Source: Longimicrobiales bacterium (GTDB lineage: Bacteria; Gemmatimonadota; Gemmatimonadetes; Longimicrobiales; Gaopeijiaceae). From it: 44,301 nt of DNA. Each line of letters begins with the position of its first letter. Position 1 is the stretch's first letter. This document shows positions 1-11,305 of this stretch, piece by piece. The DNA lies in the NCBI GenBank assembly GCA_963422615.1, contig OY730414.1, forward strand, positions 1,302,001 through 1,346,301, written 5' to 3'. A program made the position numbers and the translations under genes. The notes below the pieces were generated by a model. The model saw only the letters and a program-made list of their open reading frames with translations. It ran no database searches and was not told the origin of the DNA.

Positions 1-69
1 GAAGAGTTGGAACGGTTGGCCGGTGTGGCGACCCAACCCGTTTTGGAAGCCCTGACGATGACCAAGTGA
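1..69 (+). CDS. Possible 3' end of an upstream gene (partial)
   Basis: Frame 1 is open from base 1 (EELERLAGVATQPVLEALTMTK) to TGA at 67-69, converging on the next gene; too short to identify. Confidence 0.3.
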   Translation, partial: EELERLAGVATQPVLEALTMTK

Positions 70-117
70 ATCCCGGGCGGCGGCCCGGCGCTTGTCGTGA
101 TGGACCCCGGGAAGCCT

Positions 118-1884
<1,767 letters not shown>

Positions 1885-2028
1885 CTTCGGCTGTCCGGGT
1901 GAAGAAGGTCCATGGTTGTGGAGTCCCCTTGGGAAGGAAGCGGATTCTCCCTAGGCCCTGGTTGCATAAGAAAGACTTCCGTGCTGGCCCACCCAGGGCG
2001 GGACCCCTGGGGCGGAGGCCGGAAACCG

Positions 2029-2643
2029 TCAGCTGCGGTCGTACGCGAGGATCAAGGCTTGGTCGCTGCCCTGGGCGGCAAGAGAGCGGGTCATGATCAA
2101 CCGGTCGCCGATGACTTCAAGACGCTCTCGAATCTTTCCGCCCCCGGCAACCTGATGCTCCAGGGTAAGGATGGTTCCCTCCCACGTCACCTTCGTCCTG
2201 ACCCGCTCTTCCCCCTCCCGTTGCTCCACTTCGGTGCCGTCCATGGGCAAGACCAACGTCCGCCCCAGCGCCGGGGTGTACGCGAACTCGGAGGGGTCGC
2301 CTCGAAGCACCAGAGTGCCCGGCCGTCTGCGAAGGACCTCAATTGTCGCGCGCATTTTGGACACGGGCATGCGCCTGGACTCCACCATCCTTCGGTAGCG
2401 ACGCATCTCCCGGCTCTCATTTCGAGCAATATCGGCCACCGGGGCTTCATCGCGCACCCCCTCCAGCTGGTTGGGAATCTGTTCAGAACTGCTGGCTTCG
2501 TCGAGGACCCACCTTCCCGTGTAGGCTGTGAACAGAGCGGTGAGATCCGCTCCTTCGGCGGCGGGACCGCCCCCGGACGCGCATCCACAAAGGGCGAGCG
2601 CCGTCCAACAAGCCATCGGGAAAGCCCGACGCCGAACTCTCAT
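2029..2643 (-). CDS. Hypothetical lipoprotein
   Basis: ATG at 2643 after GAAGGGAG; basic N-terminus, hydrophobic stretch and lipobox-like LCG|CASGGG; beta-rich C-terminal half. The ORF track's start at 2679 is an alternative. Confidence 0.7.
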   Translation of the reverse strand: MRVRRRAFPMACWTALALCGCASGGGPAAEGADLTALFTAYTGRWVLDEASSSEQIPNQLEGVRDEAPVADIARNESREMRRYRRMVESRRMPVSKMRATIEVLRRRPGTLVLRGDPSEFAYTPALGRTLVLPMDGTEVEQREGEERVRTKVTWEGTILTLEHQVAGGGKIRERLEVIGDRLIMTRSLAAQGSDQALILAYDRS

Positions 2644-2994
2644 CAAACCGCTCCCTTCAGTCGGAGTTTCCAGAAGCACGGATGATTCAGTATCAATGGC
2701 TGCTTCGTCTGGTGCAAGGCTGGTGAAAGGTTGGATCCGCGGAGGGAAAAATCGCCCCGCGGGAAGCGAAGTGCGGGTCGTGACTTCCCATGGGGCCTAA
2801 GGGACGGGGGACACGGCTGCAGGCGGGCGATTTTCTGGGACACGGGGAGGGTCCCGAGGGTGCCGCATCGATTCTCCCCCGGCCTTCCCGTCCGACGATC
2901 TCGGGGCCTCATCTGAAACATCGTCGCCGTGCACCCAAGGCCCTCTTTGGGCGGCAACGTCGCAGAGCCGAACGGCTTGGCCTGGAGGTGCGGT

Positions 2995-5493
2995 TCACGG
3001 GATCAGGTTCTTCCTGCCCGTGTTCCGGACGATGAAGAGTCCGTCACCGGTGCTCGTCACCACCACGATACCGCTTTCGAAGTACGGGTAGTTGCTCCAC
3101 GAGGCCCCGCCTTCGTAGGGGGTCGTGTCGAAGTACGCGATCTCCACCGGGTCGGTCGGGGCGGAGATGTCGAGGATCCTCAACCCGGCCCCGTAGTTGG
3201 ACTGGTACATGAGGTTGTCTAGGATGTAGAGGTTGTGGTCCGTGTCCGTTGTGCTGGCGATGTACTCCTTGGCCAGCAGCGGGTCGTCCAGGTCCATCAA
3301 GTCCCACACAAGGGTCCGGGTACCTTCGACGACCCCCTGTGGTTCGTCTCCCTCGTCGTTCATGTAGAAGAACCGGTGGTCCTCCGAAAGCCATCCCTGG
3401 TGCGCGTACTTGACGTTCGGATAGTCAATGGCATAGATCGCGATCGGGTTGTCCTTGTCCGTCACGTCGGCGATACTGAGCTTCGTTTCGTTGGAGCCCA
3501 GACAGATTTCCCTGCCTAGGTAGTCCTCGTCGGGACCCCGGTAGATCACGCATTGGGCATCGTGGGAGTATCCGGTGCTGCCTCTCCCGGTGGACGGGTC
3601 GGCGAAACAGCCGGCAAAGACCGGGTGCCCCGGGTCTTCAAGGTCCATCATGTGGAGGCCACCACCGCAGGTTTCGCCGCCCCCGCTGCTCCCAACGGAG
3701 AACGCGAAGCCGGTCTCTTCGTTGACCGCGATATTGTGGGCGCTGTGGATGCCGCGATACACGAAATCGGCTTCAAAGGTGACCGGTTCGGCCGCTACGT
3801 CTCGAAGCCGGCGCAAATCGAAGACCTGCACCCCGTGTTCGCCCGCCCCATCGGCGACGATGTAGGCGTGGTTCCGGAAGACCTTCATGTCCCGCCACAC
3901 GCTGCTCCGGGAACCTGGCGTCTTGGGAAGGTCTCCCAGCATCCTCGGGTTGTACGGATCGCTGACGTCTACGAAAGATGTCCCGTCGGTCCGACCAACA
4001 ATGGCGATCTCCCGGCCCGACTCCGGATCGGTCCACCCCCAGACATCGTTCAGCCTCGTTCCCCGAACCCCGCCCAGTTCCTTGATGGGAAGGAAGGCGA
4101 TGAGGTTGACGTTGTCGCATTTAAATCCTGCGGCGCTGTTCTCTTCGCATCGGACCTCTTCTTCCAGGTCTAGAATCGAGGGAAGTCCCCGGTGGTCTCC
4201 AACGAAGAGATCTCCCCCACTCCAACCGCTTTCCGGGCGCCTTTCCATGATGACCGCGCCCCCGGCGCGGCTGTCGACGCCCCCGGCTCCCACGACGGCC
4301 ACATCTCCTGCGACCGATGCCGACGTTCCGAAGGACGCGCGATCGGCCAGACCGGGACGGCTTGACTTGACGACCCGGCTCCACGTCGGTTCCCCGTTCC
4401 GCTCAAAGACATACAGGCTTCCCGATCCGGCGTTGGCCCCGGGGGCCCCAATCCAGACGTCGTCCCCGTCAAAGGCGATGGTGGTGCCGAATCCCGACCT
4501 AGGCTCCCCGTCAAAGGGGCTCAGCACCTGGGCGGGGGTCCACATATCCACCGTCGCGTCATGCCGAAAGACAAAGACCTTCCCCGCCCCCCGGGACGCG
4601 GTCGGGGTGCCGATCAGCGCGACGGAGCTCCTGACCCCAAGAGCCGAACCGTAGCTGCGTCCTTCGTTCAGTTCCATTTCCGATGCAGGTTCGAGGCGAC
4701 CCCGGGGAGCCAGTTGACCCGAAGCGGGATCCAACCGATAGGCGTACACGGCACCCGGGGAGTCCCGCCGGCCCGCCGTGGCCACCAGCACCCTGGAATC
4801 GTCCAGCGCCACGATCGTTCCAAAAGCCCCGCCGCCGTCCGCCGGCTGAACCCGACTTCGTTGCGTCCACGTCCCGGAAGCGTTCTGGGTGAACACGTAC
4901 AGGGCACCCTTCCCTTCGTCCTCCCCGGTCGCCGAGACGATGGCGGTGTTGCCGCCCAGGGCGACGGCCGCGCCGAACCGGGCACCCTCTTCTCCCGGGT
5001 GCTCTCCGCCCCCGGGCGTCAGCCGGGCGACCTCCCGCCACGCTCCTCCTGCCCCGCGCTCAAAGACCACTGCGGCACCTCTTCCCCCATTCAAACCAGG
5101 AGCGCCGATGAGTACCCGGCTCCCATCGGCATCCAGAGAGCGCCCGAATCCATCGGGGAGGGCAGCGGCAGGGGAAATCATGAGCCTGGCCGACTCTCCC
5201 CAGCCCTCCGGAGTGGGGCGGTAGACGTAGACGATCCCCGGCAGAGAAACGTTTGCCGTTTCGCCCACGAGTACGCTGCCGTCGCTGACGGCGACGCTTC
5301 CGCCATACCGTTGGGCTGCCGATTCCTCCGGGGCCATGGCGGCGAAGGCGACGCCGGCGAGGAAGACGCCGACCCCTTGAAGGGCGCCGGGCCGAGACCA
5401 GAGAGCGGATCGTCCGCTTCCACGATTTCGTACGGCATGTCGTACGGGGATCCACTGGAGTCCTCTTGATGCGATCGTTCTGAACGTCAGCAT
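2995..5493 (-). CDS. Secreted choice-of-anchor B family protein with N-terminal FG-GAP-like repeats
   Basis: Repeats FGRSL...LIGAPG, FGAAVAL, FGTTIAF...WIGAPG, FGTSASV; C-terminal motifs LNDVWGW, WRDMKV, SAHNI, YSHDAQCV, YAHQGW, DHNLY, YQSNY..GLRILD, WSNYPYFESG. True start may lie downstream of 5493. Confidence 0.85.
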   Translation of the reverse strand: MLTFRTIASRGLQWIPVRHAVRNRGSGRSALWSRPGALQGVGVFLAGVAFAAMAPEESAAQRYGGSVAVSDGSVLVGETANVSLPGIVYVYRPTPEGWGESARLMISPAAALPDGFGRSLDADGSRVLIGAPGLNGGRGAAVVFERGAGGAWREVARLTPGGGEHPGEEGARFGAAVALGGNTAIVSATGEDEGKGALYVFTQNASGTWTQRSRVQPADGGGAFGTIVALDDSRVLVATAGRRDSPGAVYAYRLDPASGQLAPRGRLEPASEMELNEGRSYGSALGVRSSVALIGTPTASRGAGKVFVFRHDATVDMWTPAQVLSPFDGEPRSGFGTTIAFDGDDVWIGAPGANAGSGSLYVFERNGEPTWSRVVKSSRPGLADRASFGTSASVAGDVAVVGAGGVDSRAGGAVIMERRPESGWSGGDLFVGDHRGLPSILDLEEEVRCEENSAAGFKCDNVNLIAFLPIKELGGVRGTRLNDVWGWTDPESGREIAIVGRTDGTSFVDVSDPYNPRMLGDLPKTPGSRSSVWRDMKVFRNHAYIVADGAGEHGVQVFDLRRLRDVAAEPVTFEADFVYRGIHSAHNIAVNEETGFAFSVGSSGGGETCGGGLHMMDLEDPGHPVFAGCFADPSTGRGSTGYSHDAQCVIYRGPDEDYLGREICLGSNETKLSIADVTDKDNPIAIYAIDYPNVKYAHQGWLSEDHRFFYMNDEGDEPQGVVEGTRTLVWDLMDLDDPLLAKEYIASTTDTDHNLYILDNLMYQSNYGAGLRILDISAPTDPVEIAYFDTTPYEGGASWSNYPYFESGIVVVTSTGDGLFIVRNTGRKNLIP

Positions 5494-5624
5494 GAAGTTT
5501 CCCTAAAGCCCTTTCTCATTTTGTTATCTGGAAATTATTCGAAAGAAAAGGAAGATGCAGCGGGCCGGCGCATCCGACCAGGGCCCGGCGGGGAACAGAA
5601 GTCCGGCGTCGATCTTGCGGTGCC

Positions 5625-6848
5625 CTATCCGAGCACGCCGGCCAGGTCTCGGCACAGGTCGCCCGGGTCCTCCAGGCCGACCGACATTCGGAAAATCCCC
5701 TCTCCGGCCCAAGCCCGATAGCTATCCAGCTGGGCTCCTTTCAATCGAAAAGAGGTTTCCATCAGCTCGGGTGTATCCAGCCGGAAGACCAGGCTTCGAT
5801 GATGCCCCAGGGATACGGCATAGTGAATGATCCCAAGCTCTCGGGCCATCCGCTCCGCGACTTCGGCTCCGTTTTCGGTCTGAAAAGTCAGCATGGCCGA
5901 AAAGTTTTCCATCTGGCGTCGAGCCAGTTGGTGTTGTGGATGCGAAGGCAGGCCCGGGTAGACGACGCGAGTGACCCGGGGATGATCCTCCAGGAAGCGG
6001 GCCACAGCCAGGGCGTTCTCTTCGTGGACCTTCATTCGAATGGGCAGCGTGGCCGCGCCCCGCATGATCAGCCACGCATTGAAGGGCGACAAAACGCCGC
6101 CATAGTGGACGCCGGCTTCCAGGCGGAGGGCGGCGATGTCCTCCCGGTTGCCCAAAACCGCCCCGCCCACCGCGTCCCCGTGGCCCCCGATGTACTTCGT
6201 CAGGGAGTGCATGACATAGTGGGCACCCAGTTCCAGAGGGCGGGTCGCCACCGGCGTTGAGAAGGTCGAATCGACGGCAACGCGGATGCTTCCGTGCTCT
6301 GCCGCGATTCGGGCGACCGCCTGGAGATCGGTGAGGCGGACGATGGGATTGGCCGGGGTTTCCAGCCAAATGAGCCGGGTGTCGGGGCGGATCGCGTCTG
6401 CCACGTTCCCAGGATCCGACGTGTCCGCCATGGATACCCGGATTCCCATCCGGGGCAGGGTGTCCCGGCCCAACTCCGCCACGCCGGCGTAGTTGGTGTC
6501 GGTCATGACCACGTGGTCTCCCTTTCCCAGGAGGGAGAGTAGAACTCCCGCCGCGGCAGCCATGCCGGAACCGAAGCAAAGGCAGGCTTCCGCTCCTTCC
6601 AGGGCACAAAGCTTTGCCTCCAGTTGGGAGACAGTGGGGTTGGACCATCGGGAATAGAGAAAACCCGAATCTTCCCCTAGGTCGTGAGCCGAGAAGGGGG
6701 TTTCGCCCCGGGCGACGAAGGTGGAGGACATGACCAAGTTCGGGGACGAGGCTCCGGTAACGGGGTCCGGTGACTCCCCGGCGTGAATGGCCGCCGTGCG
6801 GAGGCCGATCCCGGAGGGGTCGGGCGGCGAAGAAGGAAAGTCGGTCAA
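5625..6848 (-). CDS. PLP-dependent trans-sulfuration enzyme (cystathionine gamma-synthase / methionine gamma-lyase family)
   Basis: YSRWSNPT, SGMAA, WLETPANP, VDSTF, HSLTKYIGGHGD (PLP lysine), YPGLPSHPQH, AVSLG, RMSVGLED. TTG start. Confidence 0.9.
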   Translation of the reverse strand: MTDFPSSPPDPSGIGLRTAAIHAGESPDPVTGASSPNLVMSSTFVARGETPFSAHDLGEDSGFLYSRWSNPTVSQLEAKLCALEGAEACLCFGSGMAAAAGVLLSLLGKGDHVVMTDTNYAGVAELGRDTLPRMGIRVSMADTSDPGNVADAIRPDTRLIWLETPANPIVRLTDLQAVARIAAEHGSIRVAVDSTFSTPVATRPLELGAHYVMHSLTKYIGGHGDAVGGAVLGNREDIAALRLEAGVHYGGVLSPFNAWLIMRGAATLPIRMKVHEENALAVARFLEDHPRVTRVVYPGLPSHPQHQLARRQMENFSAMLTFQTENGAEVAERMARELGIIHYAVSLGHHRSLVFRLDTPELMETSFRLKGAQLDSYRAWAGEGIFRMSVGLEDPGDLCRDLAGVLG

Positions 6849-7177
6849 AGTCGGGTGGACGGGTCATAAGGACACTTAGGGAAGCGTTCAAGCTGAAGTC
6901 CGGGCCGCGGTTCGGGCAAGGGGCTTCGCGGGGGCACTCCGAAGCGCATCCGAGGGCAGGCGACCCGGTTGGTGAACGAAGAGCGGTTCTCCGGAACGGT
7001 ATCGGAGTTGGTAAGGAGCCAGCGAAGTCGGAAGGGGGAGAGACCGTCGGGTGGTATCGGTCCCGTTTTGCTATCCCGGAGCCCTGCGACCGGCTTCATC
7101 CTCCCGATGTCGGATTCGGGTGTCATCAGAAGTCTGCGCCCCAGCCCCGGAAAGCCTCTTCATAGGAAAGAGATCAA

Positions 7178-7573
7178 ATGGAAAAAAGGCAAGGATTTAC
7201 CCTGATTGAGCTTCTCATCGTTCTGGTCATCATCGGCATCCTCGCCGCGATCGCCGTTCCCCAGTTCACTGCAATTCGGGAGAGGGCCTACTTCGCCGTC
7301 ATGAAGGCCGACGTGAGGAATCTGGCTGCCCAGCAGGAGATCTACTATGCGACAAACTACCGCTACACCGACTCCGACTCCGCTCTAAAATTCGTTGGTT
7401 CGGAAGGGGTAAGCGTTGACGTTGATGCGAGCTCATCCGGCTGGTCCGCCACCGCGACCCACGCAGCCCTCGATAACACCGAGGGCTGCGTCATATTCTA
7501 CGGAAGCGTCGCCGCACCGACCCTGGGAGCGGTAACGCCGACTCAGGAAGGGCAGGTCTTGTGCACGAAGTGA
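7178..7573 (+). CDS. Type IV pilin, probable major pilin
   Basis: Class III signal MEKRQG|FTLIELLIVLVIIGILAAIAVPQF with Glu5; C-terminal Cys pair; purine-rich RBS upstream. Confidence 0.92.
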   Translation: MEKRQGFTLIELLIVLVIIGILAAIAVPQFTAIRERAYFAVMKADVRNLAAQQEIYYATNYRYTDSDSALKFVGSEGVSVDVDASSSGWSATATHAALDNTEGCVIFYGSVAAPTLGAVTPTQEGQVLCTK

Positions 7574-7689
7574 TCCTGCCCGATTCCGCTCTCGCCAGCA
7601 GTCAAGAGCGCTCGTCCCGGCCCGGGGGGTCCGACCGGCAGGTCCGGCCGGTTATTCCGGCGCCCCCCTCCATCCCCCTTCTTCGGGTC

Positions 7690-8148
7690 ATGAACGGAAA
7701 AAAATTCCTGCGCAGCCTGGGTCGGTCCGGATTTTCCATCTTGGAGATCGCGGTGCTCCTGGTGCTTGCCGCCGCGTTGGTGCCGCCGCTGTTGGGCTCC
7801 GCATTCTGGCTCCGAAACGCCTTCCATTTGAGGCAGGCCCAGGAAAAGGCCGCTCGACTCGTTGCCGAAGCCCGTTGGACCGCGGTGGGCACAGGTGGGG
7901 CAGTGGTGGAGTTCACCGTGCATCCACCCACGGGGTGGGTTATTTCCGCGACGGGGGACACGGTGACGGTGTCGCGCTTGGACGAAGGGGACGTGTTTCT
8001 CCACTTGTCGAGGAACCGAACCCGCAGCCGGATACGCTTTGGTCCCCTAGGGCTGGGGAAGGTATCCAGCCAGACCCTGCGCTTCACCTTGGGTGGACAG
8101 GAGCGGGCCCTGGTCATCTCCTCTCTGGGGCGGGTGTCCCGGCGATGA
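7690..8148 (+). CDS. Minor pilin, FimT/FimU/GspH-like
   Basis: ATG at 7690; RSG|FSILEIAVLLVLAA; C-terminal IRFGPLG...VISSLGRV resembles the FimT/GspH tail. Confidence 0.75.
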   Translation: MNGKKFLRSLGRSGFSILEIAVLLVLAAALVPPLLGSAFWLRNAFHLRQAQEKAARLVAEARWTAVGTGGAVVEFTVHPPTGWVISATGDTVTVSRLDEGDVFLHLSRNRTRSRIRFGPLGLGKVSSQTLRFTLGGQERALVISSLGRVSRR

Positions 8149-8474
8149 ACCGGGTCGGGGCGTCTCTAGCGGAGCTGGTCGTGGCGCTGGCGTTACTCGG
8201 CATTGGCATCGTCGGGGTGGCTTCCTTGACCGGTACCGCAGCCCGGGCGCTCATCCGCGCCAGGGCCCTGGACGATACGTATCGCGTGCTCCGGAGCTTC
8301 GTCGACTCCGCCGGGCCGGGAGGGGAAGCGGAGTCGGGCCAGCAAGTGCTTCCTTCGGGGGTTCTCCGTTGGCATGTGCCTGCGGTCCCCGGTTCCCCTG
8401 CGTGGGCTCGGTTTGAGCACGTCGCCCTCCCGGAAGAGGTGGAAGTCGGTTTCGTCGTGCCTGGGGTACCATGA
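8145..8474 (+). CDS. Minor pilin, PilV-like
   Basis: ATGA overlap with the previous gene; MNRVG|ASLAELVVALALLGIGIVG pilin-like helix with Glu5; second position in the minor-pilin run. Confidence 0.7.
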   Translation: MNRVGASLAELVVALALLGIGIVGVASLTGTAARALIRARALDDTYRVLRSFVDSAGPGGEAESGQQVLPSGVLRWHVPAVPGSPAWARFEHVALPEEVEVGFVVPGVP

Positions 8475-9184
8475 GAAATTCCCGGAGGACGGTCCGCGGC
8501 TTTGCCCTAATCGAGACCATCGTAGTCGGTACCCTGCTGCTGCTGGTCGTGCAGGTCAGCTGGGGGGTAACCGCTGTGCAGAGTTCGGTTGCCCTTCGGG
8601 TCGCCGCGGGGGCGCATGTCCTGGACGAAGCGCGCTTGATCGGCCATGTCCTTGCTTCCGAGTTGGGGTACGGAGGTGTCGGGAGAGACTGGGAAGTCAT
8701 GGGAGGGGAGCTTCACCTCCGAGCCTTTCGCGGCATGGGCATCGGCTGTCCGATTCAGCCGTCGAGCGGGTGGGGGGTCACGGTATCGGGACACCGGCAG
8801 CCCGATCCCGACAAGGACTCCGTTCTCGCCCTTTCTCCCGACGGGACCTGGCGGGCTTCCGCCCTGGTCCGCCGGGCTCGAGGTCGAGGCCTGGACTGCC
8901 CGCCCGTGACCGGATTCGATGCGGAGGTATGGCATCTCGACCCTCCCCGCTCGGATGCCCTCGTCGGAGTGTACTTCGAGCGAGGGGCATACCGTTTCTC
9001 GAACGGGGCATTTCGGTACCGGCGCGGGAAGAGCGGATGGCAACCCCTTACCAGATCGGGCCTGGCGACCGATTCGAGCACCCTTTCCGCTCTAGGGGAG
9101 GAAGGGGTGCAGGTTCAAGCGACTTGGCGGGGGCCCGGCCAAACGACTTCGGCGTACCAGTGGAGTGTTTGGGGGCGCCGGTGA
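8471..9184 (+). CDS. Minor pilin, PilW-like
   Basis: ATGA overlap; RG|FALIETIVVGTLLLLVV with Glu5; two Cys in the globular domain. Confidence 0.7.
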   Translation: MRNSRRTVRGFALIETIVVGTLLLLVVQVSWGVTAVQSSVALRVAAGAHVLDEARLIGHVLASELGYGGVGRDWEVMGGELHLRAFRGMGIGCPIQPSSGWGVTVSGHRQPDPDKDSVLALSPDGTWRASALVRRARGRGLDCPPVTGFDAEVWHLDPPRSDALVGVYFERGAYRFSNGAFRYRRGKSGWQPLTRSGLATDSSTLSALGEEGVQVQATWRGPGQTTSAYQWSVWGRR

Positions 9185-10218
9185 AGGGCGTCGGACCTCG
9201 AGATCAGAAGGGCTTCGCCCTGGCGCTTGCCCTGCTGGCCTTGATGGTATTGGCCGGCATCGTCTCGGCGGCCGTTGCGGCGGCGGTGGGCCAGGTCCGC
9301 TCCGCAAGCGCGGCAGGCCGAGTGCTGGTGAGTCGGACGAAAGCCCGGGCCGGCCTGGAGACCATTTTCGCCGAGACGGTGGGGCGTCCCGCCTCTTTCG
9401 TTGGCGGCCCAGCCGTGGCGCTGGGGTCGGACACGGTGCCGGGGGGTTCGTGGCGGGTTCTGGATCTACGCCTCTCCCGGGAGTTCCACCTGTTCATGGG
9501 TGAGGGATGGGTAGGTGAGGGCATTCCTCTGCGGGATGTTCGCATGGCTTGGTGGATGGATCCGGTGTTCCGAGTTGCCGCTCACCAGGCGGTAATCGAA
9601 AGCGCGCACATACACGTCGGAGCCGGCGCCGAGCTGCGTGCAGACTCCCTATTGGCCGAGCGACCGGGCGTGTTGCCGTGCGGTCATCTATCGCTTCTCG
9701 CTGGGGCCTTTGGACATCCTGGCTTCCCGGCCAGCGGTCATCTTCCGGGTCCGCCCGAATGGGGCAGCGACAGCAGCGCCTCGGGATTTGCCGGCATCCG
9801 GCTCGGTTGGTTCACGGCTTCGGCGCTTGGCGAACTGGCCGACCGGCACCTTTCGGAATCGATACCTTCCGGGCTCCGCTGCCCTACGTGCTGGCTGGGT
9901 CTGGTGGTGGGCGAAAGGCAGGTGGACTTCGGCGAATCGGGTGGTGGCGTCCTGGTTGTCGATGGCGATCTCACACTTCTGCGGGGGTCATTCTGGAGGG
10001 GCCTCATCCTTGCCTCCGGTGACGTAACCTTCCGGGGGTCGTCGCGAGTACTGGGCCTCGTCCGCGCTGGAGGGTCGGTCACCCTCGAGCCCGGTTCCGT
10101 CGTGGACGGTTCCGCCTGCGCGGCCTTTCACGGTCTCCAATCGGCGGCGTCTCTGGCTCGGCCGATTCCTCTTCCCGGGCGTTCGTGGGCGGGTCCTGTT
10201 TCCCCGGGAATCAGCTAG
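9181..10218 (+). CDS. Minor pilin, PilX/GspK-like
   Basis: GTGA overlap; QKG|FALALALLALMVLAG lacks Glu5, the PilX/GspK hallmark; C-terminal beta-helix-like GVLVVDGDL...GLILASGDV...GLVRAGG. Confidence 0.7.
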   Translation: MKGVGPRDQKGFALALALLALMVLAGIVSAAVAAAVGQVRSASAAGRVLVSRTKARAGLETIFAETVGRPASFVGGPAVALGSDTVPGGSWRVLDLRLSREFHLFMGEGWVGEGIPLRDVRMAWWMDPVFRVAAHQAVIESAHIHVGAGAELRADSLLAERPGVLPCGHLSLLAGAFGHPGFPASGHLPGPPEWGSDSSASGFAGIRLGWFTASALGELADRHLSESIPSGLRCPTCWLGLVVGERQVDFGESGGGVLVVDGDLTLLRGSFWRGLILASGDVTFRGSSRVLGLVRAGGSVTLEPGSVVDGSACAAFHGLQSAASLARPIPLPGRSWAGPVSPGIS

Positions 10219-10221
10219 ACG

Positions 10222-11280
10222 ATGGGTTTGTTTGCGCGGAGAAGAAGGGTTGTGGGCCTGGATATCGGCAGCGGCTACCTAAAGCTGGTGGAAGTTGATC
10301 ACGGCGGCGACCCGCCCGAAGTCTCCCGTATTGCGGTGTGCCCCTTGGATCGGGGAGCCATTGTCGAAGGGGAGATCATGGACCCTGTCCGCGTTGCTGC
10401 AGCGATTCGGGAGCTCGTGCAGGCTGCGGGCGTGGAACCCAGGGAGGTAGTCACGGCGCTGGGCGGACACGACGTTTTCATGAAAAAGCTGGAAATGGAT
10501 CGGGTGAATGGACCCGACCTTGGAAGGGTGGTTCGCCGGGAGGCGGAACGCCACGTCCCTTTCGACATCGGAGGGGTGGAAATCGGTTTCCATATTCTCG
10601 CCCGGGACGATGAGGGCTTCTCCGGCCAAGACGGCGGCGCAAGAGTGCTTCTTGTCGCTGCGAAGCGTGAATGCGTGGACAACAGAATCGCTCTCCTTGC
10701 GGATGCGGGGTTGCGCCCTTCGCTCATGGACGTGGAGGCGTTCGCCCTTTCCAACGCCTTCGCTCACAACTATCCCCGCGCGTCGGAGGGCGTCATCACC
10801 GCGCTCGTTGACATGGGCCACGAGGTGACCAAGGTGAACATCTTGGAGGGCGGCGCTCCAATCCTCACCCGGGACATTCCCACGGGTTCGCGGCAGCTGG
10901 AAGACGCCCTTCGGCGGGGGAATGGAGTCTCGCCCGACCAGGACGAATACGGGTTCCGGGGCCGGACAGCGTCCGTACGCCGGGAGAATACCGTCGACAG
11001 GGCGACGACGAACGTAGCCGCCGGGATCGAACGGGCGACGGCACTCTTGGCAACGCAACGGCCCGGCCTAGGACTGGGCCGGGTCTTCTTGAGCGGCTGG
11101 GGTGCTTGCATCCCCGGGGTGGCGGATAGCCTGGCAAGGCGCATGAACGTGGAAACGCGCGTGGTGAACCCCTTCGAACGCGTGCCCATCCGTTCCGGCG
11201 CGGGAGGTGCGGAGGTCCTGTCGGACGGGGCCGCCCCAATGCTATTCCTGCCTCTTGGGCTGGCTTTGCGTTCTCCATGA
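10222..11280 (+). CDS. pilM: Type IV pilus assembly protein PilM
   Basis: Actin-like VGLDIGSGYLKLVE, GAIVEGEI, EAERHVPFD, VLLVAAK, MDVEAFALSN, LVDMG, terminal GLALR. Confidence 0.95.
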   Translation: MGLFARRRRVVGLDIGSGYLKLVEVDHGGDPPEVSRIAVCPLDRGAIVEGEIMDPVRVAAAIRELVQAAGVEPREVVTALGGHDVFMKKLEMDRVNGPDLGRVVRREAERHVPFDIGGVEIGFHILARDDEGFSGQDGGARVLLVAAKRECVDNRIALLADAGLRPSLMDVEAFALSNAFAHNYPRASEGVITALVDMGHEVTKVNILEGGAPILTRDIPTGSRQLEDALRRGNGVSPDQDEYGFRGRTASVRRENTVDRATTNVAAGIERATALLATQRPGLGLGRVFLSGWGACIPGVADSLARRMNVETRVVNPFERVPIRSGAGGAEVLSDGAAPMLFLPLGLALRSP

Positions 11281-11305
11281 TTGAGCCCGCAACGGAATCG
11301 GAGCG

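Noticed and set aside
5518..5545. AT-rich 28-mer with one arm (CTTTCGAATAA, minus strand) like a dif XerC site
   Set aside because: The would-be XerD arm GATAACAAAAT matches TTATGTTAAAT at only 4 of 11 positions; more simply a promoter region.
7051..7075. Sigma-54 promoter for the pilin (GG...TTGC)
   Set aside because: GG to GC spacing is 9 nt, not the required 10.
6849..7177. SAM riboswitch upstream of the sulfur enzyme
   Set aside because: No SAM-I core elements recognisable on the minus strand.
8374..9180. N-terminal 269 codons of the 614-aa ORF
   Set aside because: Overlaps the PilV- and PilW-like genes in another frame; the real protein begins at the pilin signal at 9181.
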